DNA of 64,000 nt, from the IMG/VR virus record IMGVR_UViG_3300035506_000303; one strand, given 5' to 3'. Numbering within the stretch: position 1 is the stretch's first letter; every line of letters begins with the position of its first letter. The DNA comes from a virus. Both the position numbers and the translations under genes were made by a program. This document shows, in pieces, positions 1 through 11,306 of this stretch. A model generated the notes under the pieces. The model was not told the origin of the DNA and ran no database searches. It saw only the letters and a list, made by a program, of their open reading frames with translations.

Positions 1-156
1 AAATTCACCTGTGTTATTGCTGAAACCACCTGTGCTATTATTATTTGTGGCACTAAATGAATTAGTAGTACTATTCAAATCTAATGCACCTGATGCGGGA
101 TAAAAGTCATCAACGGAACTTTGTGTTGTACCGTCAAAATTATCATCATATCTCAT
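1..156 (-). CDS. Partial CDS running off the window start; N/S/D-rich hypothetical protein (MRYDDNFDGTTQSSVDD...)
   Basis: ATG at 156 overlaps the TGA of the upstream gene (ATGA); GGGAGG RBS just upstream; frame stays open to base 1. Confidence 0.7.
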   Translation of the reverse strand, partial: MRYDDNFDGTTQSSVDDFYPASGALDLNSTTNSFSATNNNSTGGFSNNTGEF

Positions 157-1040
157 AACAAATGTTGTCCTCCCTTAATTGGATGAAATGTTTTAGTATT
201 ATACGGATTTAAATACCAGCTAACTTTACCAGAAACTTTCTGCTTATACCCGAAAACATGGTTCTTAGAATAATACCCTATCCCATTATTTACGGTAATA
301 TCCTCAAAATTCTTAGGATATACTTCCTGTATATAGCCATTTACTCTGGGGTCTTTTATTCCTGTTAAATATACAAAAAGTGGATTCTTTGAACTTAGGA
401 ACTCTACCGTAGTTAAACAATTTACAAAACTTTTTATCATTACATTATTTAAATATCTATTATCTCTTGTAGAATTCTTTACGTTAAATAACTGTGTATC
501 TGCTAAATCAATTGCTTTATCAATATCTACTGCTATCTTAATATGTTTATTACTGATATCTTGAATAAGTTTATCTTTTTGAAGACATGCACAAAATTCT
601 ACGGTATATTCCCTATACGCTTCTTTACAGTAATATTCCAATTTCTTATTCAATTCTTTTAAGTTATAAGCAGCATATTCGTACTTTATAACATTCTTAA
701 AGCAATCTACGAGCCATACAGCTACGTCACTTTCGCAACCCTCTATGTCAAATACTTTAGTAAATTCAAATTTAACATCAAGAGAATTATTATCTTTGAA
801 AGCCAAACGAATAAGGCTCTCATTACTGTACCTCTGCATTATTACATAATCTATTGATACTTCCGTAGGTATAGACTTCTTAATAACTGAAAAAATCTTA
901 CTACATCTATTGGAAACTTGTTTAACGCCTGAACTTAAAGAAATTTTATAATCCTCACTTGCAGACAAATTCTTTAATTCAGTGTCTACTTTCGTATCAA
1001 ATTCATCTAATACATCGGTCACATATTCTTGATTAAACAT
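153..1040 (-). CDS. Hypothetical protein (295 aa)
   Basis: Long ORF with AGGAGG RBS; no recognised motif. Confidence 0.8.
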   Translation of the reverse strand: MFNQEYVTDVLDEFDTKVDTELKNLSASEDYKISLSSGVKQVSNRCSKIFSVIKKSIPTEVSIDYVIMQRYSNESLIRLAFKDNNSLDVKFEFTKVFDIEGCESDVAVWLVDCFKNVIKYEYAAYNLKELNKKLEYYCKEAYREYTVEFCACLQKDKLIQDISNKHIKIAVDIDKAIDLADTQLFNVKNSTRDNRYLNNVMIKSFVNCLTTVEFLSSKNPLFVYLTGIKDPRVNGYIQEVYPKNFEDITVNNGIGYYSKNHVFGYKQKVSGKVSWYLNPYNTKTFHPIKGGQHLL

Positions 1041-1064
1041 TCTATGTGTCCTCCTATTATATTA

Positions 1065-1784
1065 TTAAAAGCGAGAAAACCAACCACAAACCTGTTCTAC
1101 CCATTTATATACTTTACCTTCAAACTCTACTGCGGCTTCAATCTCTGTACCAATATAGATAGAGCTGTCTTCTCTTAAATCTCGCTGATTATACACTGTA
1201 ATATCTTCTGATAGAAAAGGTTTTTCTCGCACAGGCCGCAATAAGCTTCCTGTTTCCTGTACGTCCTTTTCCAAAGAACTAAACACTTGTACATGTGATT
1301 TTTGGTTAGGTTGTTGTGGCTTATTATCTTGCTTTTTTAATTGTTCTAAAAACGGATTATATATTTCTAAGTTAGAATTATTAGATGAAGTAAAAGATTC
1401 TGTTTGTTTTATAGGCTCAAAAGCAGTATCAGGTATATTCGGTGTATAGAAATCTTCTACTGATTCTTCTTGTACAGATTCCTCCGCTTCTTTCGGGAGC
1501 CATTCATCTAAATCAATCAAATCAATCATATCAGAAGCATCATAAATCAAGGGCTCTTGAACGGATGCCCCAGTTTTCATATTAACAAAGCTATTTTTTT
1601 CAGGCATACCACCTGTATAATTACTTGAAACAGAAGTATTAGCTGGCTGTTGCTTGTTGGCAGGCACTTTATTTTCTTGTGGTGCATACCAATCAGAATC
1701 AAACTCCATATCATTCACATCTAAATTAAAATCCGTAATTTTATCTAAGGAATTTTCATCAACAACTGTTAACTTGATACCCAT
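1065..1784 (-). CDS. Acidic, largely low-complexity hypothetical protein (239 aa)
   Basis: ORF overlapping the end of the upstream gene; D/E/Q/P-rich. Confidence 0.75.
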   Translation of the reverse strand: MGIKLTVVDENSLDKITDFNLDVNDMEFDSDWYAPQENKVPANKQQPANTSVSSNYTGGMPEKNSFVNMKTGASVQEPLIYDASDMIDLIDLDEWLPKEAEESVQEESVEDFYTPNIPDTAFEPIKQTESFTSSNNSNLEIYNPFLEQLKKQDNKPQQPNQKSHVQVFSSLEKDVQETGSLLRPVREKPFLSEDITVYNQRDLREDSSIYIGTEIEAAVEFEGKVYKWVEQVCGWFSRF

Positions 1785-3217
1785 ACCCTATGCACCTCTT
1801 CTATCTCAGAAAGTGGAATATATGTATATAAATTCTCGCAGAGAGCGGTATCTGTTAAACAATTACGTGCAAGTACGGATAAATTTTTAATAGGGTCTGT
1901 TTGCAAATGCAATACTTCTTTTAGAATAGCACTTCCGTCTTGCTTATTCTCTTGCAGCCGTACTATATTATGATATGGTTCTTGCTTAGCTCCTTTTGCC
2001 AAACTATCTTTTGCTTCTTTCAACTTAACAGCAAAATTACTTTTCTTAGCACGAGTTAACCAATACTTACCATATAAGCTAGCTGTAAGTTCTTCATTTA
2101 AAGTGTATATACCGTTGAATAACGGATTCTTAGATGTTATTAGAACAAAACCTTCTTGCAAATTCTTATGAATCGTATCTTTATCCTTAGCTATTGGCTT
2201 ATAAGTTGCATCTTTGAAACGATTTGCTAATTGCCTAAAAGCAGCATCTTTCTTATACCGAGCTAAGAAATCTAAATGATAAAAACCTGTATCTTTGTAA
2301 TACGGCATTAACGTGATAGCAGTTTCTTCTGTATAGCATTTCTGATTCTTATTCTTCTTTTCTGATTCAGCCTGTATACCATAATTTAGCAGCATTGCTC
2401 GTTCATAATGCTCTGCTACATCACGACCATAACTAATCATAACATCATTCTTACTAATGGGTTTCACATAAGCTTTATCTAATATCGAAAAATCTCTTGT
2501 TTCACCTGTAGAAATAAGAGCTTTCACTTGCCCAATCTTCTTATCTTGCAGCATGTAATGAGCGTCAACTAATTCGGAATCGTCACAAATCTTTTTATGA
2601 TTCAAATCCCACTCGTTGATTTTTAAATTAAAACGAGTACCAACTTCTTTCATAAAAGTAAAAGTAAATTCACCACCTACGTCTACACCGCCTTTTGCAC
2701 TTGCCCAGATAAACAGCCACTCCATATATGCACGATACACAGAATACAAATAAAATCTACCTTGTGTAAATGTATTTTGACTGCGAACTATACCTACATC
2801 TCCGCTCATATGTGAACTTTTTCCTTTTTTTATCTGATATGCTCGGCAAATCCCTTGTCGGTTGCAGTTCAGCAGAAAATCACTAGAAATTTGATAATCA
2901 GCGGGTACATTTAATAATTCAGGAGCATTATTTGTAAACAATCTACCTTGTTCATCTACAAGGATTGTATCCCAAAGGCAACTTTGCATTAAGGCAACAT
3001 CTTCACGAACACCTAACTCGGATAAAGATATTGATGTATAACCAGGTGCTACTTTTTGCTTATAAGCATAGATTAAATCATTATACAATCCTTTATGTGC
3101 TCGTATATATTCTATAACGTCAGGCATATGTGTGGCTGTGCCTTCACTAAACTGATAGCTAATTTCATTAGCAATTGACTCTTTATATTTATTTATAATT
3201 GACATGTACACCCCCAC
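1769..3217 (-). CDS. Hypothetical protein with C-terminal WYL/SH3-like (DUF2693-type) segment
   Basis: GFVLITSK...YTLNEELTASLYG...IPLSEIEEV resembles segments of ORFs 3291..5945 and 15046..16224. Confidence 0.5.
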   Translation of the reverse strand: MGVYMSIINKYKESIANEISYQFSEGTATHMPDVIEYIRAHKGLYNDLIYAYKQKVAPGYTSISLSELGVREDVALMQSCLWDTILVDEQGRLFTNNAPELLNVPADYQISSDFLLNCNRQGICRAYQIKKGKSSHMSGDVGIVRSQNTFTQGRFYLYSVYRAYMEWLFIWASAKGGVDVGGEFTFTFMKEVGTRFNLKINEWDLNHKKICDDSELVDAHYMLQDKKIGQVKALISTGETRDFSILDKAYVKPISKNDVMISYGRDVAEHYERAMLLNYGIQAESEKKNKNQKCYTEETAITLMPYYKDTGFYHLDFLARYKKDAAFRQLANRFKDATYKPIAKDKDTIHKNLQEGFVLITSKNPLFNGIYTLNEELTASLYGKYWLTRAKKSNFAVKLKEAKDSLAKGAKQEPYHNIVRLQENKQDGSAILKEVLHLQTDPIKNLSVLARNCLTDTALCENLYTYIPLSEIEEVHRVWVSS

Positions 3218-3254
3218 GTTAGCACTATATTCTATAAACCTTTTCCAGAAAATT

Positions 3255-3284
3255 AAAAAAGAGGCACTAAATACGTACCTCTTT
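3255..3284 (-). terminator. Intrinsic terminator
   Basis: Imperfect hairpin AAAGAGGcac...gtaCCTCTTT with T-run on the minus strand, just after the 884-aa gene. Confidence 0.6.
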
Positions 3285-3290
3285 ATATTG

Positions 3291-5945
3291 CTATTTTTCT
3301 ATTTCTCTATTAGATTCATTGTTATTGTTTAGGTTAGGTTTCGGCCCATTAAAATCGCACCATACAGTTATCTTACGAATTCTATTTACATCTATCTTTT
3401 CACGAGGGCTATCATAAAGCATATTAGGCAACCCTTTAAATAAAGAGCTAGCCCATACGCAATTTTGTTTTTCATACTCTTGTTCTTCCGGCGTTTTAGT
3501 TGGCTTGGCTGCTTTCTTTAGAAGGGACACATTTTTACGAAGATACTGTCCAAAATACTTACGAGTATCCTCCTTAACTTGTTCCATAGTTTTAACCTCT
3601 ACAGCGGCAGTGTCATTAGGGTCCACGCCATTCCTTTTTGCATTCTTTAAAACTCTTGTACGTGTAGTGTCCTTCAATTTTTCAAGATAAAAAGTAACAA
3701 TTTGATGATTAACATCTTCAACTTCCTTTAAATCTTTAAGACATTTATATATGTCCTTCACCCAAATATCGTTCAAATTATCTTCTCTTGATTTTGAATT
3801 TCCTTGTGCACGCTTCTCCGCTTCCTTCTTAATCGCAGTTTCGTCAAAAAGTGCTAATAAATTATATTTACGTAATATATTCTTACAAACATTCGCATTA
3901 GCAGGAAGCGTAGAAGAATTCTCTTGTTCCCTAAATAGCAATAGTCTATCAAAAGCACTTAGTACTTTTTTCTGCGAACCATAAGCTTTTTTAATAACAT
4001 CCCCGTTATTGGTAAGAATTTTATTCACAAGTACTCCGTTTGCATCTAAGTATTCAATTCTACAAATATACTTCCCTAACAATTCTTCCACGTCTTCCTT
4101 ACTGTCATACATTCCAGTTGTTGCGGTGGGTTTAGGATTATTAGAATCGGCTGGTCCACCTGATTGCACACGGGGCTGCCTTTTTACAGGAGTATTACCT
4201 TTATAATACTCAAATTTTTTCATCTTTTCAGGAAATAATCCTCGTTTTACTTCATACAACTCGGGCAAACCTTGTATTCTTGCATAATAATTCTCTTGCA
4301 TAGTAGCGGAACCATATTCATGTAATTCCAAACTTGTTGATAATAAATAGCTTAAGTAATCATCTTTTTTTAATGTACTAGCTTGTAAACCTATACGTTG
4401 CATAATATGTTGATAAGTATTATCATTTGCGTTAGAAAGATACCCTTTACAAACATCTATAAGCATATTCATAGAAGATTCACGAATAGTTGTTTCCATA
4501 TCCATAGTTTCTTTTTCGGCAATAGGGACGTCATCAGCTGGTTCTATAGTATTTTTAGCTATCAATCTTGCTAAATTTGCTGGTAAATACTCGCCAATAG
4601 GTTGTGAATACCACTGTGCATAGACTACTTTAAAAAGCTCAATTCGTTCCTTTGCAATTGTTGAAGATGGTGCACCTACTAATGGTAAATATAATCTACC
4701 TAATGCTGGTAAACAACTACAATTTCTTTCTACCCAAGAAGTACCTTTTACTTGAACAGCATAAACAAGCTTTATAATTGTTTTATTTAATGTAACTATT
4801 CTATTTTTAGAACCACGATATGTTTCAGTAACAATATTTAGATAGCTGCAAGTACCATCTAAATCCGAATTTAATATACTAACAAGTTGTTGCATAGCAG
4901 CTACAAGTACAAAATAAGGCGTAAAAACAAAATTAGCATTTGGCTGTAAATCTTCACTCATAGAATTATAAGGTATCATTAGCGGATTAGTCTTATTTTC
5001 ACCTCTATATACAAGATGCACATTATATATATTCTGCTCATTCTTTCTATCAATATCCACTTTATCTATATTCATTTTTACAGCACGAAGGCTAGAAGTA
5101 GTAAATAATTCCCTAGTATGCTTATTATCGCCACCATCTAAACCCACCCACTGATTCGTATTCGTATCAAATTCATAAGCATTATTAGCCTTATCTTTCG
5201 GCTTAGTATAAATAAGCTGGGGTGTATTTTTTCCTATGGTAGATTGCCTAAACCCCTCATTCTCTTTTTCAAACAAATTCGTATACAATAAGAAATCAGA
5301 ATTATGCTTTAAATCATATGCATCTGCTAATAAATCCGATTTTGAAGATGTATAGCTCAAATTTTGTCCAAATAAAACACTATTATCCAAAGCGGCCTGT
5401 ACTAATCGAATATCCTCGCTAATATCTTCAATAGGTCTATATACACTCTTTGGGTTACTATATGCTTTACGCATATTTGCTGGGGTGTTAGCTAATTCAT
5501 AATCAGTAGAATTTACTTTTACAAAGTATTTCTTTTTATTTTCGTCAGTTTCGTCAACCTTTGCTGCATATCTTTCATTGTATTTTCGTAACAAATCGTT
5601 ACGTAAAGTCTTGTTTCCTTTTAGAGTAGCACCATTCCAATATATATTATCGTCCTCACCCTCACCTGCATATTCGTCACTATATAATAATTCCATTAAA
5701 TCTGGTAAATGAAAATATCTATTTTCAGAACCTGCATCCAAGACAAATTTCTTAATTGCTTTATCCACTGCATATGCAACCAACGGATAATATTCTTTTC
5801 CAAAAATATCGTCTTGTAAATCTTTGCACATCCAGCCCCTAGACGAACGATTAGATAAATTATACTCGGTAAGTATACCTTTATTATCCTCGTTAATCAC
5901 GTTTTTAATTACTTTTTTATCAAGTTGTGTTGCCAAATCTATCAC
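3291..5945 (-). CDS. Large hypothetical protein (884 aa) with two WYL/SH3-like segments
   Basis: NRIVTLNKTIIKLVY...GRLYLPLVG and ICRIEYLDANGVLVNKILTNNGDVIKKAYG...IDVNRIRKI; clear local similarity to 15046..16224. Confidence 0.55.
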   Translation of the reverse strand: MIDLATQLDKKVIKNVINEDNKGILTEYNLSNRSSRGWMCKDLQDDIFGKEYYPLVAYAVDKAIKKFVLDAGSENRYFHLPDLMELLYSDEYAGEGEDDNIYWNGATLKGNKTLRNDLLRKYNERYAAKVDETDENKKKYFVKVNSTDYELANTPANMRKAYSNPKSVYRPIEDISEDIRLVQAALDNSVLFGQNLSYTSSKSDLLADAYDLKHNSDFLLYTNLFEKENEGFRQSTIGKNTPQLIYTKPKDKANNAYEFDTNTNQWVGLDGGDNKHTRELFTTSSLRAVKMNIDKVDIDRKNEQNIYNVHLVYRGENKTNPLMIPYNSMSEDLQPNANFVFTPYFVLVAAMQQLVSILNSDLDGTCSYLNIVTETYRGSKNRIVTLNKTIIKLVYAVQVKGTSWVERNCSCLPALGRLYLPLVGAPSSTIAKERIELFKVVYAQWYSQPIGEYLPANLARLIAKNTIEPADDVPIAEKETMDMETTIRESSMNMLIDVCKGYLSNANDNTYQHIMQRIGLQASTLKKDDYLSYLLSTSLELHEYGSATMQENYYARIQGLPELYEVKRGLFPEKMKKFEYYKGNTPVKRQPRVQSGGPADSNNPKPTATTGMYDSKEDVEELLGKYICRIEYLDANGVLVNKILTNNGDVIKKAYGSQKKVLSAFDRLLLFREQENSSTLPANANVCKNILRKYNLLALFDETAIKKEAEKRAQGNSKSREDNLNDIWVKDIYKCLKDLKEVEDVNHQIVTFYLEKLKDTTRTRVLKNAKRNGVDPNDTAAVEVKTMEQVKEDTRKYFGQYLRKNVSLLKKAAKPTKTPEEQEYEKQNCVWASSLFKGLPNMLYDSPREKIDVNRIRKITVWCDFNGPKPNLNNNNESNREIEK

Positions 5946-5983
5946 CTCGAAATATATATCTTTTTTGATAAATACGAAGATAT

Positions 5984-6022
5984 AAAAAAAGAAAGAGCAG
6001 AGTTGTATACTCTACTCTTTTT
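5984..6022 (-). terminator. Intrinsic terminator
   Basis: AAAGAGcAGAGT...ACTCTaCTCTTT hairpin with T-run, right after the 1759-aa gene stop. Confidence 0.6.
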
Positions 6023-6026
6023 GAAT

Positions 6027-9000
6027 TTACGCTGTCAATTCTTTTTTCAACGCAAACAATAAGCCAATCAAAATCAGAGATAAAGAACCAATTGCAGCAA
6101 ACCATGGCAGCGTAACTTTTGTGCCCGTATCTGCACCTAAACCTAAGCCAGCTGCTAACAAATAATTGTCAATCATAGTTACAGCTAAATCAGTAGCACC
6201 ATCTGCTACGAAATTGATTTCTACGGCAACTTCATACCCTGTCGGAGACATGAGTTCTTTCAGAATATATTCTTCACCAACAGTCAGATTAGAAACACGG
6301 TGGTTGGATTCATCTCCGTATTTGTCGATATCTGTGTAAGTAATAGAACCGTCTCCACTTACAGTTACGAGAGTATATCCGCCAGCTGAGGCTTCATTTG
6401 GTTCAATATATACCGTGGAAGTATCTTTCAGTTCTTCTTTTGCTTGTGCATTGCACTTTTCACGATATGTGTTAGCTAAATCATATAATTCAGCACGAAT
6501 ATCTTCTGCTACATTTTTATCTTGGGATAAAGCTAATGCTTCAAGTTTTACATTTGCTTCATTTGCTGCTTCATCAACTTCCTCAGCAGATAAAGGCAGC
6601 AATTCAAATGCTCTATGCAAATAATCATAAGCAGTTAATACAAGAGGCTCTTCTGTATCTTCTGTTTCTTCTGTATCTTCCGTTTCTACAGTTTCTTCGC
6701 TTACTTCTACATCTGTTTCTGTATCATCATTTGCATCTTCTGGAACATAGTCAAGGTCTGGAATAATTTCTAACAGAGCATTGTCGATATCTTCTTCCAT
6801 TTCAGCCTGCACATCTTCGCCATAAGTTAATACGATTTCAGCTTCTTTCAGAGTATAGCGACCATTTGTGTCTGCTTCTTCCAGCATTTCATCTGTTAAA
6901 TCAATTACATGCTGTCCTGTAATCCAATTATCTAATTCGTTTCCGTCTGTATCATATACTGCAAGCCTTGCACCTTTTACAGCAGTGCCGTTTTCATCTT
7001 CTTTGATAATACGATGAATCGTATCTACCATTGTGTAATGTGAATCAATTCCGTCAGAATTTACTGTGAAATCAATTGCAGTAGCTTGTGTATACCCACC
7101 CGGAGTGATTGTTTCAATCATGGAATAAGATTTACCTTCTTCCAAGTTCTGAATGTAATGTGGTTCAGTTGTAGATACCCAAGTGTCAACAACATTTCCG
7201 TTTTGGTCTACAACTTCAATTGTTGCACCTTCAACTTCTTCGCCGTTAATATCTTCTTTTGTGAAAGAAATTTGTGTATCAACTAAATCGTTGGCGGAAT
7301 CTTCTTTTCCGTTGCTCTGGAAAGTCTGTTCAGCAGCAATAACATAACCTTTTGGAGCTTCTACTTCTTTAATCGTATAAGTTTCATTGGCTTTTGCATT
7401 GCTTACTCTATGGCCAGCTTCGGAGCCGTCACTAGAAATTTCGTAATATTCAAATTCGCCCTCAATCTCTTTCTTTACAGAGAAACGAGTGTAAATTGAA
7501 CTGTCGAAAATATCTGCAATCGTTTCTGTTAAAGTGGAATCTTGTTCCTCAACAACTGTTTCCGTATTTTCTTCAGTTGTTTCTTCTTCAACTTCTTCTA
7601 CATTGCTTTCTGCTTTTGTTTTAGAAGATTCAATCGGTGTAATTGTATAAACAGCTTTCACTTGTTTTGTTTCTACTGTTTCTTCTACATCTGCATTAAC
7701 ATCTTCATTCTGAGCAGCATCAACAGCAACATCAACATCTGCATCAGATTCTGTTGTATCCGTTTCCTCTTTTTCTACAACAACAGTTTCATCTTTTGTA
7801 ATTGTCAGAGTATTTCCTTTTTCAAGATTATATGTTTGTTCTTTCGTTAAGTTGATAACTTTCTGACCAGATACCCACTCATCAATTACATTTCCGTCTG
7901 TATCAATTGCTTGTAATGTAGCACCTTTGAGCAGATTACCATTTGCATCATATTTAGAAACTAACTCAATTGTATCTATCATCTCATAAGAGGCATCGGA
8001 ATCAGCATCTACGGTAAATTCAAAATCTTGGGCATAAACAAAACCATTTGGTGCAACTTCTTCGTGTAAAGTATAAGTTTCACCAGCAACAATGTTTTTA
8101 ATTGCATGTGTTTCTGTTGTGGATACCCATTCATCAACTACATTCCCGTCTTTGTCGATAACTTGAATATGTGCACCTTCTACTTCTTCACCACCAGCGT
8201 CTACTTTCGAGAAAGTAACCTGCGTGTTTGTCATAGAAATAACTGCATCTTCGTCTGCATTTGCTACAAATTCAATGTCATTTGCCTGAGACCAGCCAGA
8301 CGGTACAACGGATTCGTGAAGAGTATAAGTTTCACCAACAACAAGATTTTGCACCATATGTGCAGTCTCATATCCTTTGGAATCAATAGAATAATAATTT
8401 ACTGTTCCGTCTGTAAAGTATACGGCAAGAGCATAATTCCCGTCTGCATATCCTTCGGAAACAGTACCTTTTTGAATTGTTTTACCTGCTACGGAAACCT
8501 GAATCGCTGCTGGGCCTACTTCAATATTATAACCTTGTTCTAACTGAGAAGTCTGTCCGTCAGTTAAAGCAGCTAATTGCTGACCTGTTGTCCATTCATC
8601 AATAACATTGTTATCTGTATCGAGAACCTGTAAGCCAACACCAGCTAATAAATTACCGTCTGCATCTACTTTTACAACACGAGTGATTGTATCAACAAGG
8701 TCTAAATGCATATCATAAGAGCCAACTGTAAAGTCAACTGTATTTGTGATAGCATATCCACCCGGTGCTACATTTTCAATGAGTGTGTAAGATTTTCCTT
8801 CTTCCAGACCTTCTACATAATGTGCTTCGTTTGTAGATACCCAAGAATCAACTATCGTTCCGTTTTCATCAACAACACTTATCTCAGCACCAGCAACTTC
8901 TTCGCCAGCAACATCTAATTTAGACACTGTAACTTTTGTATTGTTGTAAACAAATTCATCTGGATTGTTAGAATCACCTGTTGCAGATGTTGTGAAATGG

Positions 9001-11306
9001 AAATCACGGACAATTGGGGCAACATAACCTTTTGGAACAGCTACCTCACGAATATAATATTCTGTATTTGGTGTTAAACCAGAAAAAGTCATAGGTGCAT
9101 CTGTTGTAGTCCAAGAACCTAACAGTAAATCATCGGAAGTACGATACAGTTCAACTTGTGCACCAGAAATAAATACACCGCTTGCTTCAAGCTTGCTAGA
9201 TTGAACAGCACCAGTACCACCGTTCTTGATTGTTCCAGTTACTTGCTTATTGGAAACTGTGAAAATAGAAACACCATTTCCGTTTGCATCTTTTGTTGTA
9301 AGTTCATTTGTTACAACTTCATAGCCTGTTGGAGCTTGTGTTTCAACAATTTTTACTTTACGAGTTGCATTGTTGAATCGGGTTTGTCCAGCTTGGTAAT
9401 TGCTTTCAATTAACTCATTTGCACGAGTTGTAGCATCTGTTTTGCTCTTAATCCAGTTTTGGTAGTATGTCTGATTGGCAGTAGACATGCTGCTGTAATT
9501 TTCGATATAGCTAACTGTACCAGAGCTGTAATTTACTGTTTTATTCAGTGTTGTTTCATCTAAATCCAAGGATAAAACACCGTTATTTGCAGTAATTGTA
9601 CCAACTAAATCATAGGTATCTTTACCAGCTTCTGGATTTGTATCATCATAAGCACTTATGTTAGAAACATATACTTCAAATGTTCCACCATTTAATGCAT
9701 CTTTGGTTAACTGGTCGATTTTAGACACATTTACACTTAAAGAAGTGGTTAAAGTCTTATCTGCATTTAAACTCAAAGATTGTGCATAAGATTCATTCTT
9801 AACAGTATTGGTTAAAGTGGCAGAACCATTACTTAAAGTAGTAGAAGCAGTTGTGTTTGTATTTTTTGTACCATTCAGGTTATATCCTGTTGGAGCAGTC
9901 GTTTCTGTATATCTCGCTGTATATGAAGCAGATAAGAAACTGGAAACTTGGGCATTTAAATCAGCTGTTACTTTATTGTTTACAACAGTCTTTGCAGCAC
10001 TTTCAGACTGTGGATAGCTTGCATAGGTTGCTTGGTCTGCTGCGGATAACTTTGAATAATTCTTAATATAGTCTTGACTATACGTCTTACTTGTAAAAGT
10101 TTTAGAATATTCATAAGTTTTGTTCAGAACACCGCTTGAATTTGTTGTATCAGTACCCAATGTAATCCAGTTTGAACCGTCATATAACTCTGTTGTAAAA
10201 GAAGCACCAGCAAGTTTTTCACCTGTGTCTGCATCTTGTTTTGTTACATTTGTTGTTACAGTAAGTTTAGAGCTTGTAGAATTAGAAGCAGAGACAGAGC
10301 CAAGGCTTGGTTTCTCATAACCAACAGCACCAAATACCATGAGTTGTACAGATGTTGTATTTCCTTGCCAAGATGTACCAGTTCTGTCCTGTTTAATACC
10401 ATAGGCTACATATCCATTATCACCTGGGTCAGCTTTGGCCTGAATTATATTGTAGAGTTTTAAAACAATATTCTGATAAATATCATTCCAACCGTTTGCA
10501 GTTGTGGAATCAATCTTAGTGATAGATGTACCAGAATAAGCTAAGCTAGTAAATTCATCAGTAAGTACTCTCTGCTGAGCAGCCGTATAGCCATAATCAC
10601 TTAGAATATTTCCTGGCCCTGCAAAGCCATAATAGAGAACTTTTCGTAAAGTTGCATTGTCAATGATAGACAATGTACCAGCCACATTCAATACAGGTTC
10701 TGCATTCGTACCCTGTGCACAGAAAGCTGTGTACTTGCTACCTTCTACTTCTACTGTAAAGTTTGCATTACTCAAAGCATACACATAAGAAGAAGTGTAA
10801 TTAGGCGGATAGAACCGAACCATATACTGACTATTGTATGTAATTACAGAAGAATCGCTTGTTGAATCAGAGGGAAACCATTTGGAAACCAAAGTACCCG
10901 TGGAAGAAGATGTTACAGTGATAGCATTCGCTTCAATTGTTTCAGCTTCTTTTTCCAATTCCTTTTCATAAGCCTTTTCTTCGGCTTTACTTACCACACC
11001 ATTCTCGTTTTTATCTGCAAGAGCATACATAGTGTCTACATTGTCTAAATCATCAACTAATAAAATGTTACCATTTGCATTACCGTAGTCAGCAACAGTT
11101 CCCTCTAATGCTGCTGCATCTTCTGCGGCAAAGTTTGCTAGGTCTTCCTCGGATGGAGCATAATCATCTGGGGCAAAAAGGCCTATAATTGCATTTTCTT
11201 GTTCACTGCTGTCGTCAGCAGCTAATGCTGTAATACCAGATACACCGCCTACACCGAGACCCAACACACCAAGAGTTACAAAGAATCTCCTGAGTATTTT
11301 CTGCAT
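6027..11306 (-). CDS. Cell-surface adhesin/pilin-like protein: signal peptide, EF-hand-like loop, putative Cys-Gln thioester domain, multiple SpaA/CnaB isopeptide domains, C-terminal ADTG + TM anchor
   Basis: N-terminal hydrophobic signal; repeated K(V/L)D..G..V.GA and E..AP.GY motifs; AFCAQ / LYYG / VQLMV; C-terminal GADTG-hydrophobic-KK. Confidence 0.85.
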   Translation of the reverse strand: MQKILRRFFVTLGVLGLGVGGVSGITALAADDSSEQENAIIGLFAPDDYAPSEEDLANFAAEDAAALEGTVADYGNANGNILLVDDLDNVDTMYALADKNENGVVSKAEEKAYEKELEKEAETIEANAITVTSSSTGTLVSKWFPSDSTSDSSVITYNSQYMVRFYPPNYTSSYVYALSNANFTVEVEGSKYTAFCAQGTNAEPVLNVAGTLSIIDNATLRKVLYYGFAGPGNILSDYGYTAAQQRVLTDEFTSLAYSGTSITKIDSTTANGWNDIYQNIVLKLYNIIQAKADPGDNGYVAYGIKQDRTGTSWQGNTTSVQLMVFGAVGYEKPSLGSVSASNSTSSKLTVTTNVTKQDADTGEKLAGASFTTELYDGSNWITLGTDTTNSSGVLNKTYEYSKTFTSKTYSQDYIKNYSKLSAADQATYASYPQSESAAKTVVNNKVTADLNAQVSSFLSASYTARYTETTAPTGYNLNGTKNTNTTASTTLSNGSATLTNTVKNESYAQSLSLNADKTLTTSLSVNVSKIDQLTKDALNGGTFEVYVSNISAYDDTNPEAGKDTYDLVGTITANNGVLSLDLDETTLNKTVNYSSGTVSYIENYSSMSTANQTYYQNWIKSKTDATTRANELIESNYQAGQTRFNNATRKVKIVETQAPTGYEVVTNELTTKDANGNGVSIFTVSNKQVTGTIKNGGTGAVQSSKLEASGVFISGAQVELYRTSDDLLLGSWTTTDAPMTFSGLTPNTEYYIREVAVPKGYVAPIVRDFHFTTSATGDSNNPDEFVYNNTKVTVSKLDVAGEEVAGAEISVVDENGTIVDSWVSTNEAHYVEGLEEGKSYTLIENVAPGGYAITNTVDFTVGSYDMHLDLVDTITRVVKVDADGNLLAGVGLQVLDTDNNVIDEWTTGQQLAALTDGQTSQLEQGYNIEVGPAAIQVSVAGKTIQKGTVSEGYADGNYALAVYFTDGTVNYYSIDSKGYETAHMVQNLVVGETYTLHESVVPSGWSQANDIEFVANADEDAVISMTNTQVTFSKVDAGGEEVEGAHIQVIDKDGNVVDEWVSTTETHAIKNIVAGETYTLHEEVAPNGFVYAQDFEFTVDADSDASYEMIDTIELVSKYDANGNLLKGATLQAIDTDGNVIDEWVSGQKVINLTKEQTYNLEKGNTLTITKDETVVVEKEETDTTESDADVDVAVDAAQNEDVNADVEETVETKQVKAVYTITPIESSKTKAESNVEEVEEETTEENTETVVEEQDSTLTETIADIFDSSIYTRFSVKKEIEGEFEYYEISSDGSEAGHRVSNAKANETYTIKEVEAPKGYVIAAEQTFQSNGKEDSANDLVDTQISFTKEDINGEEVEGATIEVVDQNGNVVDTWVSTTEPHYIQNLEEGKSYSMIETITPGGYTQATAIDFTVNSDGIDSHYTMVDTIHRIIKEDENGTAVKGARLAVYDTDGNELDNWITGQHVIDLTDEMLEEADTNGRYTLKEAEIVLTYGEDVQAEMEEDIDNALLEIIPDLDYVPEDANDDTETDVEVSEETVETEDTEETEDTEEPLVLTAYDYLHRAFELLPLSAEEVDEAANEANVKLEALALSQDKNVAEDIRAELYDLANTYREKCNAQAKEELKDTSTVYIEPNEASAGGYTLVTVSGDGSITYTDIDKYGDESNHRVSNLTVGEEYILKELMSPTGYEVAVEINFVADGATDLAVTMIDNYLLAAGLGLGADTGTKVTLPWFAAIGSLSLILIGLLFALKKELTA

